DNA of 64,000 nucleotides from a virus (Duplodnaviria; Heunggongvirae; Uroviricota; Caudoviricetes): IMG/VR virus record IMGVR_UViG_3300028797_000097; one strand, 5' to 3'. Shown piece by piece: positions 56,939 to 64,000 of this stretch (position 1 is its first letter; each line of letters starts with the position of its first letter). The notes under the pieces were generated by a model. It saw only the letters and a program-made list of their open reading frames with translations, ran no database searches and was not told where the DNA came from. The position numbers and the translations under genes were made by a program.

Positions 56939-59047
56939 ATGGCAGAATTGATAATTCAAAATCCAAGTATAACAACAGACGCCTTTGAATATGATGAAGC
57001 AGGGCGTGTTTCTGCTATTGCTGAACATCCTCTTGCTGGTGGAGGTGGTGGCACAATTGAAAAAAGTGACTTAATGTGGAAACCTACTGTTGGTAGTGAT
57101 GGCTATGTTCGCTGGTCACTCGCATCTTCTGCTACAACACCAGCCGATGCTTATATTTCTGGTGCACAAGGTCCTGCTGGTCCACAAGGCGTTTCAGGTA
57201 ATCCAGGTAAAAATCCAGAATTCCAGATTAATTCTGAAAATGCTCATTGGGAATGGAGATACTCTGGAGATGCGAGTTGGACAGATCTTGGTATAGTAGC
57301 ATCTGGTGCTGTTGGTCCACAAGGTCTTTCCGGTAATGATGGTAAAGATGGTATTTCACCAAAAGTCAGAATTAATAATTCAACTAATTTTTGGGAAATT
57401 TCTGAAGATGATGGTAAAACATGGACTTCTACTAATGTAAGCGCAACCGGTCCTGCAGGTGAAGATGGTACAAATGGAACTAACGGTGTTTCTCCGACAG
57501 TTTCTACTTCTGCAATTCCTGGTGGTAACAGAGTTATATTTACTTACGACAATGGCGGAACTACTGCAACAGAATCAATCGATGTTATGAGCGGTGCTTC
57601 TGGTGCTAACGGTTCTGACGGTTTTTCTCCGACAGTTGTTACTGCTGCCATTCCAGTATCAGAACAATTCCCGGCAGGTGGTACCGAGGTTACTATTACA
57701 GATAGTGATGGTCAGCATATATTTAATATTTCAAACGGCCTGGATGGGCAAGGTGCAACAGTTAATCTTCTTGGGGGAGAAGGTATTGAAGTCACTAAAG
57801 TTGCCTCAAATTATACTATTTCTGTTTCTGCTGATTATGCTACTAAAGCTTATGTTGAAGCCGCAAGTGCTAATGCTTATAATGAAGCAGAAACTTGGGT
57901 TAGAAATCAAGGTTATTTGACATCAGTTCCTCCTGAATATGCCTTGACATCTGATATTCCTACAGCAGTTGCTCAATTAACAGATAGTGGAAATTATTAT
58001 AAAAAGGCAGAAACAAGTGGCGCAACTGAAATTACCAATGCTTTGAGTACAAAACTTGATTCAACTGCTGCTGCTCAAACATATCAAACTAAATCTGATA
58101 TGGCTAATTACTTGACAACAAGCGACGCTTCTACTACATATCAGCCAAAAGGAAATTATGCTTCTGCATCAGATATTGTTGGAATGGCTACTCAGACTTG
58201 GGTTGGACAGCAAGGATTTATAACGAAAGATACTAACGATTTAACATATTACTATAAGAAGACAGAAACAAGTGGTGCAAGTGAGTTATCTACTGAATTT
58301 GCAAAGTATGTTACCAAACCAGATTCTTCATTAGTAAATAATTATTTAGTATTAAGAACAGATAATGCTGGTAATGTAAGTGGTTGGTGTGACTTCAATG
58401 ATCAATGTTATTCAAAATCAGAAGCAGATGGAAGATACCAAAAGAAAGCAGATATGAGTAGTTATTTAACTACTGCACAATATGAAACTGATTCTGCAAA
58501 GTATGTATTAACTGGTGATATACTAACTGCTGCAAATAATAAGTTAACGGGTATTAAAATTGGCTCTACCGATTATACAGTTCCAACAACAGATTTAAGT
58601 AATTATTATACTAAATCTGAAACTAGTGCTACAGGTGAACTTAATACAGAATTTGCTAAGAAATTAGATAGCTCAATTGCTGCATCTACATATCAGACCA
58701 AAGATGATATGAGTGCTTATGTAGCTGTTACTGGTGATCAAATGACAGGACAATTAGAATTATCAGGTTCTAATTATGATGACTATTATTTGAAAGTAGT
58801 AAGACAAAATGTTAATGGTCATGCAAGATTTGGTTTAGGCGGCGGAGGCGGCGCTGTAATTAAATCAGTTGATGGAACAAACAATGCACAGATGCTAGTA
58901 AAATCAAACGCAACAAGTGGAATTGAAATTCTATTACAAAAAAATAGTAATGAATATATAGGTAATTTAATACCAATGATAGTAGAAGCTGCAGGTTGGA
59001 CTCCAACAGGTAATGATTATAAACTTCATATAGTTTTGGATAGTTAA
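56939..59047 (+). CDS. Tail fibre protein with collagen-like Gly-X-Y repeats
   Basis: GAQGPAGPQGVSGNPGKNP, GPQGLSGNDGKDGISP and GPAGEDGTNGTNGVSP. Confidence 0.65.
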   Translation: MAELIIQNPSITTDAFEYDEAGRVSAIAEHPLAGGGGGTIEKSDLMWKPTVGSDGYVRWSLASSATTPADAYISGAQGPAGPQGVSGNPGKNPEFQINSENAHWEWRYSGDASWTDLGIVASGAVGPQGLSGNDGKDGISPKVRINNSTNFWEISEDDGKTWTSTNVSATGPAGEDGTNGTNGVSPTVSTSAIPGGNRVIFTYDNGGTTATESIDVMSGASGANGSDGFSPTVVTAAIPVSEQFPAGGTEVTITDSDGQHIFNISNGLDGQGATVNLLGGEGIEVTKVASNYTISVSADYATKAYVEAASANAYNEAETWVRNQGYLTSVPPEYALTSDIPTAVAQLTDSGNYYKKAETSGATEITNALSTKLDSTAAAQTYQTKSDMANYLTTSDASTTYQPKGNYASASDIVGMATQTWVGQQGFITKDTNDLTYYYKKTETSGASELSTEFAKYVTKPDSSLVNNYLVLRTDNAGNVSGWCDFNDQCYSKSEADGRYQKKADMSSYLTTAQYETDSAKYVLTGDILTAANNKLTGIKIGSTDYTVPTTDLSNYYTKSETSATGELNTEFAKKLDSSIAASTYQTKDDMSAYVAVTGDQMTGQLELSGSNYDDYYLKVVRQNVNGHARFGLGGGGGAVIKSVDGTNNAQMLVKSNATSGIEILLQKNSNEYIGNLIPMIVEAAGWTPTGNDYKLHIVLDS

Positions 59048-59050
59048 CAT

Positions 59051-60541
59051 ATGGGTGATTTTAAAATTGGTAACAATGCTATAGCAAACTTGTATTTCGG
59101 CAACATTCCAGTTGCTCAAGTATACTTTGGAAATACACTTATTTGGGAAAAAGAAGGATACGTACCTTATGATAATTCATGTACTGCTATAATCTCGCTT
59201 ACAGCAAATGGAAAAGGCTGGGTTGTTACTGTTGAAAAAGATGGAGAAGATGTCACTTTAAGTTTTGCATCCATGATTCCGTGGATCTATAATGCTAATA
59301 ATGTTCGCTTTGATCCTAAAGTTAGAATCTATACTAATACAGTTGACCTTTCATCATTTGAACGCGGTGAATACAGATTAGATTTATCACAAATAACATC
59401 TAAAGTAGGCGCTAGTTCTTATTTTCCAAGTTCAGGTGTAGTATCAGCTCCAGATCATGTCTACATAGGCGGTGGAAATAATCTTGTTGCTGGTAATCAG
59501 AATGTTGCTATCGAGTATGATTTGACCAATGCAACATATCCAGTTACTGTAAATTCAATAGAAATTTTTACAGATAGTTCTAACAGTGGTTCGACTACAA
59601 TAAAAATAATTAATGAAGACGGCACTTATGCAGCTTCAGTTGATGGTGGTACAATAGGAACACAAGAAGAAAGATTTGGTCTTACTGGTTATAGTCGTTC
59701 TGTTGATAATTTATCAGTAACGCTAGATACAGGTAAAAAATATTATATAGTTTATAATGATGGTTGGCAACAAGCGTATTATCCGTCATATTTTCAAAAT
59801 GAAACAGGAAAATATAAACTTTTTTATGATGCCACATCAACAAGTCAAATAACAGTTTTTAATCCTAGTCAAATACAAAATTATAAAGGAACTTTTGGAT
59901 ATTCTTCTATGACTGACGCAGAAAGGCAAGAGTGTTTTTCTAATATATTTTCACTATCAACAAATGATAGATTTTTGTGGTTAGGACAGAATTATACTGC
60001 TAACAACAATATCGTATTAAAACAAAATACTATTCATAGATTAAAACAAAAAACTTATCCAAATGCTGGATTGATTGATATTACATCAGGAGACGGTGCT
60101 TATAAAGGTGCTAAACTTTTTGGAAACTTAGGTTCAATGACTGTGGGGTTTGTAAAAGGTTATGTATTTGGTTCCTATGATGCGAATAGAATTTGGAAAA
60201 TTGCAAGTGGTTATTCTTCTCAAATTACTCTTAATGATAGTGGTGAACCTGTTTTAAGAACTACTTTACCTGATTCACCAGTTAATGGAGGAATCTATTA
60301 TATAGACCACAGTTTAATACAACCATCTTCATCTGGTGCAGTGTTGGCGTGTTATCAAAATGGAAGTTGGGAAACATGGACCGAAGAATATCGTATTGAT
60401 AATGCAACAGATAATGTTACTGATATTTGGAATGATATAGAAGTTAGTGATGTTACAGTATCTATTGCACAAAATTTTACTAATACATCAGTAAACATTG
60501 ACAAACATTTCTATTTGAAAATAAATGGAATGGAGGTTTAA
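59051..60541 (+). CDS. Distal tail fibre / adhesin-like protein (496 aa)
   Basis: Follows the collagen-like fibre gene with a 4-nt gap. Trp/Tyr/Asn-rich. Confidence 0.45.
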   Translation: MGDFKIGNNAIANLYFGNIPVAQVYFGNTLIWEKEGYVPYDNSCTAIISLTANGKGWVVTVEKDGEDVTLSFASMIPWIYNANNVRFDPKVRIYTNTVDLSSFERGEYRLDLSQITSKVGASSYFPSSGVVSAPDHVYIGGGNNLVAGNQNVAIEYDLTNATYPVTVNSIEIFTDSSNSGSTTIKIINEDGTYAASVDGGTIGTQEERFGLTGYSRSVDNLSVTLDTGKKYYIVYNDGWQQAYYPSYFQNETGKYKLFYDATSTSQITVFNPSQIQNYKGTFGYSSMTDAERQECFSNIFSLSTNDRFLWLGQNYTANNNIVLKQNTIHRLKQKTYPNAGLIDITSGDGAYKGAKLFGNLGSMTVGFVKGYVFGSYDANRIWKIASGYSSQITLNDSGEPVLRTTLPDSPVNGGIYYIDHSLIQPSSSGAVLACYQNGSWETWTEEYRIDNATDNVTDIWNDIEVSDVTVSIAQNFTNTSVNIDKHFYLKINGMEV

Positions 60542-60543
60542 CA

Positions 60544-61188
60544 ATGACAAAAATTTATGCCATTGAAAAAGAAACAAATTTATTAAAGTATATTTCTGAT
60601 AATCTTGCTACATTAAAAGGCAAAATCAAAAATACAGGTAAAACAGAAGAAGACTTTTACATTTTAGAGGATTTAGATATGAAATACATTTCCAGAATAT
60701 CATTTGTTGATGGTGTTTGTGTTTATAACAATAAAGATTACTGGATGAATGACGCAAAGACTATTCTTGAAGATTTTGATACACACTCGGTTTTGGATTT
60801 CTTGGGTAAACCTGTAGACTTTGCCCGTTTCACAACTGAGATGAATAGTAACATTACAAGAATTTCGGCTATTGACGGTCTTGCTGGTGAAATTGACTAT
60901 AACATCACAGTAGGAAATGAGTTCATAGCACTCTTCCGTGAAGAATGTGTAAAGACTGATTTTAAGGGAATTACACCTCTTGAAATTGGCGTAAAACTTG
61001 CACCAGTTATTTCATTAGTTCAGACTGGTTCATTTAGAGAAGCAAAACAAGTTCTTCAGTCAATGGAAACAGACCCATTCTTGACAGAAGAACGTATGGC
61101 TAAATATATTGCTATGATGGATGCAGCTGATGCTATTGAATATGCAACAGAAGAAGATTTTTATTATACAGCTGATACTGATGCGTAA
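60544..61188 (+). CDS. Hypothetical protein (214 aa), possible fibre assembly factor
   Basis: Last gene of the fibre operon. Acidic C-terminus. Confidence 0.35.
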   Translation: MTKIYAIEKETNLLKYISDNLATLKGKIKNTGKTEEDFYILEDLDMKYISRISFVDGVCVYNNKDYWMNDAKTILEDFDTHSVLDFLGKPVDFARFTTEMNSNITRISAIDGLAGEIDYNITVGNEFIALFREECVKTDFKGITPLEIGVKLAPVISLVQTGSFREAKQVLQSMETDPFLTEERMAKYIAMMDAADAIEYATEEDFYYTADTDA

Positions 61189-61271
61189 TAAGAATAAAAA
61201 TATTTAAATAAAATAAAAAAGACAAGTCAATTAAGACTTGCCTTTTTAAATTTTTGATTTAAAATTAGTTA

Positions 61272-61700
61272 TTAGCCAACGTTAAATTCAACCGGACGGG
61301 CTTCAGGACAGACCGGAATGTTGATGGTCAAGAGACCATTTTCAACCTTAGCGGTGAGTTCCTTCATGCTGAGGTTAGCCGGAACGAAGATCTTGATAGA
61401 GAGCTTGCCGCTACCCTTGATCTTACGAACTGTGTAAACACGCTTTGCTTCAGCATCCTTTTCAGCGTCGGTGACTTCCTTCTCAACAGTTTCGATAGTA
61501 AGATATGCCTTACCGTCTTCAATGGTGCCCTTGAGCTTGATGTCTTCACGGGTCTTACCAACGACTGCAACTTCAATAGTGCTCGAACCATCTTCTTCGT
61601 GAATGATGTTGAGCGGGACATTGACCTTTTCAGCAGTGTCATTAAAAGATGCATCGAATGCATTGAGTTCCTTGAGAAGATTTTCAAAAATATTATTCAT
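61272..61700 (-). CDS. Hsp20 / alpha-crystallin small heat-shock protein
   Basis: Alpha-crystallin domain with GLLTINIP. The coding region is visibly GC-richer than its surroundings. Confidence 0.8.
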   Translation of the reverse strand: MNNIFENLLKELNAFDASFNDTAEKVNVPLNIIHEEDGSSTIEVAVVGKTREDIKLKGTIEDGKAYLTIETVEKEVTDAEKDAEAKRVYTVRKIKGSGKLSIKIFVPANLSMKELTAKVENGLLTINIPVCPEARPVEFNVG

Positions 61701-61848
61701 AGTATTCTATCCTTTCGAGACCTTACGTGTCTCTTTTCGTTTCATTGTTAAGACATAAATCACATTTGTGTATTCATGTTTTAATTGGCGAAACTAACCA
61801 ATTAAACTCTTGTTAAACTCATTTTCGTTATATTTATAACGAAAATTT

Positions 61849-62304
61849 TTACGATGTCGCCATCATGAGTTTCTTGTAATCAAGGTAATTCTTGATAGCG
61901 AAAGATAAATTCTTTATGTTATTCAGTGTGTTTTCGATGAATTCCAAAAAGTATTTCTGTTGATTAACCTGTTTTAATTTTGCTACATAAGGAGTACAAC
62001 AATTAATCTGCGAATCAATTTCTTTTGCTGTTTCCCAAAATTCATTGATTGAGATATTGTATTTCTTTTGTAATTCCACTGTATTTCTAGGTCTTTTGAA
62101 ACACTTTGTCAAATCACCGTATAATTCCAATAATTCTACATTTAAGCTTGCACAGACATATTTCTGGTCTTGATACAATTTAATCCATTCTTGAATAACG
62201 GCTGGCAAAATATTATTCTTTTTAATAATTGCCTCCAAAGTATCAGGCATAGATAAATCTGTTTTTGCTTTTTCCTCAACTTGTTTAAACGTCTCTAAAT
62301 TCAT
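61849..62304 (-). CDS. Hypothetical protein (151 aa)
   Basis: ORF overlapping the upstream Nudix gene by 4 nt. Confidence 0.4.
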   Translation of the reverse strand: MNLETFKQVEEKAKTDLSMPDTLEAIIKKNNILPAVIQEWIKLYQDQKYVCASLNVELLELYGDLTKCFKRPRNTVELQKKYNISINEFWETAKEIDSQINCCTPYVAKLKQVNQQKYFLEFIENTLNNIKNLSFAIKNYLDYKKLMMATS

Positions 62305-62747
62305 ACCTTATTTATGTCACGCTCTTTGTAGCGTTTAATGCAATCGGCTACGAGCGGTCCCAAACTTCTATAATATGTTTGGGTAGCGGTGTCATCAATC
62401 AGTTTGTAATCATCTACTTCCAAAGGAGTTCTTCCTTCGAAATTGAAAGTAGTAGAACAGCTCAAGTCTTTAAGATTGATGTCAGTTTCTGCGACATAAA
62501 GATGTAAATCTTTATACTTGGTATATAAGAACATACCACAGTCATAAAGATCAGATTCGGTAAGTACGATATTAGCTTCTTCTTTTAATTCACGTAAAGC
62601 TGTTTCCACATGAGTCTCGTTACCTTCTACATGTCCCTTTGGAATATCCCAATTACCGTCTCTATATGAGTGGCAAGAAGGATGACATGCCAAAAGCTTA
62701 CGAGATGCTTTATCAATAATAATTACACCACAACTAATAGCCTTCAT
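62301..62747 (-). CDS. Nudix hydrolase
   Basis: Nudix box GHVEGNETHVETALRELKEEANI. Confidence 0.75.
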   Translation of the reverse strand: MKAISCGVIIIDKASRKLLACHPSCHSYRDGNWDIPKGHVEGNETHVETALRELKEEANIVLTESDLYDCGMFLYTKYKDLHLYVAETDINLKDLSCSTTFNFEGRTPLEVDDYKLIDDTATQTYYRSLGPLVADCIKRYKERDINKV

Positions 62748-62817
62748 ATAATTCCTTTATCACAAATATAGTAAAAACGGCTGGTTTTGTAAACGGTTAG
62801 AGATTTATTTTTATTTT

Positions 62818-63129
62818 TTAAAGATATTCTGGATGAGTATCTTTAATATGTTCATATTGGTTCATGAGACCAACATAAAATTCAGAAAGCTTGTCAATTT
62901 GCATATTAAGCGTTTTGGACTTGTCTTTTACAGTAGGTATAGATTCTTTAGCCTCTGCAAAAGAAACAAGTTTAAACGGCATTTTAAAGCAATCTGGATG
63001 CGTTTCGCTAATACCCTTTAAAAGATTATACTTCTCAGTATAAAACTCCTCCAGAGTATGCATACGATTAGTTAAAGTCTCATTAGTAGCCTCTTGACGA
63101 GCTACGCTTTCGTTTAATGTTTCTGCCAT
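62818..63129 (-). CDS. Hypothetical protein (103 aa)
   Basis: ORF with an acidic N-terminus. Confidence 0.35.
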   Translation of the reverse strand: MAETLNESVARQEATNETLTNRMHTLEEFYTEKYNLLKGISETHPDCFKMPFKLVSFAEAKESIPTVKDKSKTLNMQIDKLSEFYVGLMNQYEHIKDTHPEYL

Positions 63130-63138
63130 AGAATTTCC

Positions 63139-64000
63139 TTAAATGCTGTAGTTAGGATTCTTGACCTTGAACGAAACGTTGTAGTCGTCACGAAGTCTAA
63201 GAACGAAACCTTCTCTCTTATGACTGAGGTTGTTACCAAAAACGGTATTTGCATCAGATTCTTGAAGCATGATGTCAGCACCAGAAACGAATACACCCTT
63301 GTCATTTACATGACCTTCTGGTAATTCGTAATTGTCATCAAGAACTGGAACGAACTTCAATCCCCATTGTTCAGCGAAAAGAACAGAATCTTCGAAATTC
63401 AACTTTTCCCACTTGAACAATACCTTTCTATTTATAGTATCTTCAAAATAGACTTTCTTGTAAAAGTCGAAGAAGATAATATCAGTTCTTGGAAGGTTAT
63501 AGATATTCTTTTGAATACCTGGACCGACGTGTTCACCACGGCAGAACCATTCGCCTGGAATCTTCTTGATTTTTTCATCAAGTTTAAGCCTAAGAACTGT
63601 GTCCCAGAAAGCCTTTCCAGAGCCGTTCTTGTTAAGTTCCCTAGTTCTAGAACATACGCCAATTCTCTTGCTTTCCACATTGCGATGGAAAAGCTTATCG
63701 AACCAACTTGGTTCAACCTTTTCAGAGAAAACAGTAATGTTTTGACCTTCGAGTTTTTCAGTCTTAACCCATTTCTTACCCTTGTATTGTTCAAACATCT
63801 TGGTGTAAACCTTTTGGACGTTTTCTTCATCAGACTTTCCAGGGTTAGTTGGATCCCAAGTTTCAGAAACGTTATGACGCTTTCTCCAATTACGATACCA
63901 AGTATATCTCATAAGTTTGCGAACAAACCAGTTATCCTTCTTACCAGTATTAAGACCAGCTTCTTCTTCATCTTGGACTATTTCAGTAATACCAAATTGA
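63139..64000 (-). CDS. RNA ligase 2 (Rnl2-like) nucleotidyltransferase. The reading frame is open to the window end.
   Basis: WVKTEKLEGQNITV (motif I KxxG, compare T4 Rnl2 WVAREKIHGTNFSLI) and WFCRGEHVGPGIQKNIYN (compare VFGEFAGPGIQKNVDY). No stop in frame between 63913 and 64000. Confidence 0.7.
   Translation of the reverse strand, partial: QFGITEIVQDEEEAGLNTGKKDNWFVRKLMRYTWYRNWRKRHNVSETWDPTNPGKSDEENVQKVYTKMFEQYKGKKWVKTEKLEGQNITVFSEKVEPSWFDKLFHRNVESKRIGVCSRTRELNKNGSGKAFWDTVLRLKLDEKIKKIPGEWFCRGEHVGPGIQKNIYNLPRTDIIFFDFYKKVYFEDTINRKVLFKWEKLNFEDSVLFAEQWGLKFVPVLDDNYELPEGHVNDKGVFVSGADIMLQESDANTVFGNNLSHKREGFVLRLRDDYNVSFKVKNPNYSI

Noticed and set aside
1-64000. Alternative genetic code (stop-codon reassignment as in some large gut phages) or a Bacteroidetes host
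   Set aside because: ORFs end at TAA, TGA or TAG immediately followed by terminator hairpins. Strong AAGGAG Shine-Dalgarno sites and TTGACA/TATATT promoters indicate a standard code and an SD-using host.

Overview
This 64 kb window is an AT-rich (about one-third GC by eye) segment of a T4-like (Tevenvirinae-related) myovirus genome. Strong Shine-Dalgarno sites (AAGGAG) and canonical TTGACA-N16/17-TATATT promoters indicate a low-GC host with sigma70/SD-type expression signals (Firmicutes- or Fusobacteria-like), not Bacteroidetes. Recognisable T4 core genes include UvsW, UvsX, a gp41-type DnaB helicase, a gp59-like helicase loader, gp32 SSB, NrdD/NrdG, a Nudix hydrolase, an Rnl2-like RNA ligase, a gp17-type terminase ATPase, a tape-measure/baseplate block, several tail-fibre genes, and T4-style late promoters (TATAAATA) in front of structural genes. 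Interspersed is a large accessory load: two SPFH proteins (a prohibitin-like lipoprotein and a flotillin with an NfeD-like partner), a 1602-aa secreted cadherin-repeat protein with small lipoproteins, three GT-A glycosyltransferases, a DHH-DHHA1 phosphoesterase, an AEP primase with an adjacent PD-(D/E)XK nuclease, an HNH endonuclease, a SemiSWEET-like PQ-loop protein and an Hsp20. The most unusual region is a tightly translationally coupled operon: nrdD, PQ-loop, paralog A, nrdG, paralog B, a second radical-SAM enzyme, and a 66-aa Cys/Gly-rich peptide. It is followed by four more genes whose products share a conserved N-terminal module of about 20 aa (M-N-L-x-E-A-x-x-L-L-K-x-x-G-Y). That module also occurs twice in a sixth protein at 29351. 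The terminase large subunit here consists of the ATPase domain only; no nuclease domain is present in the window.
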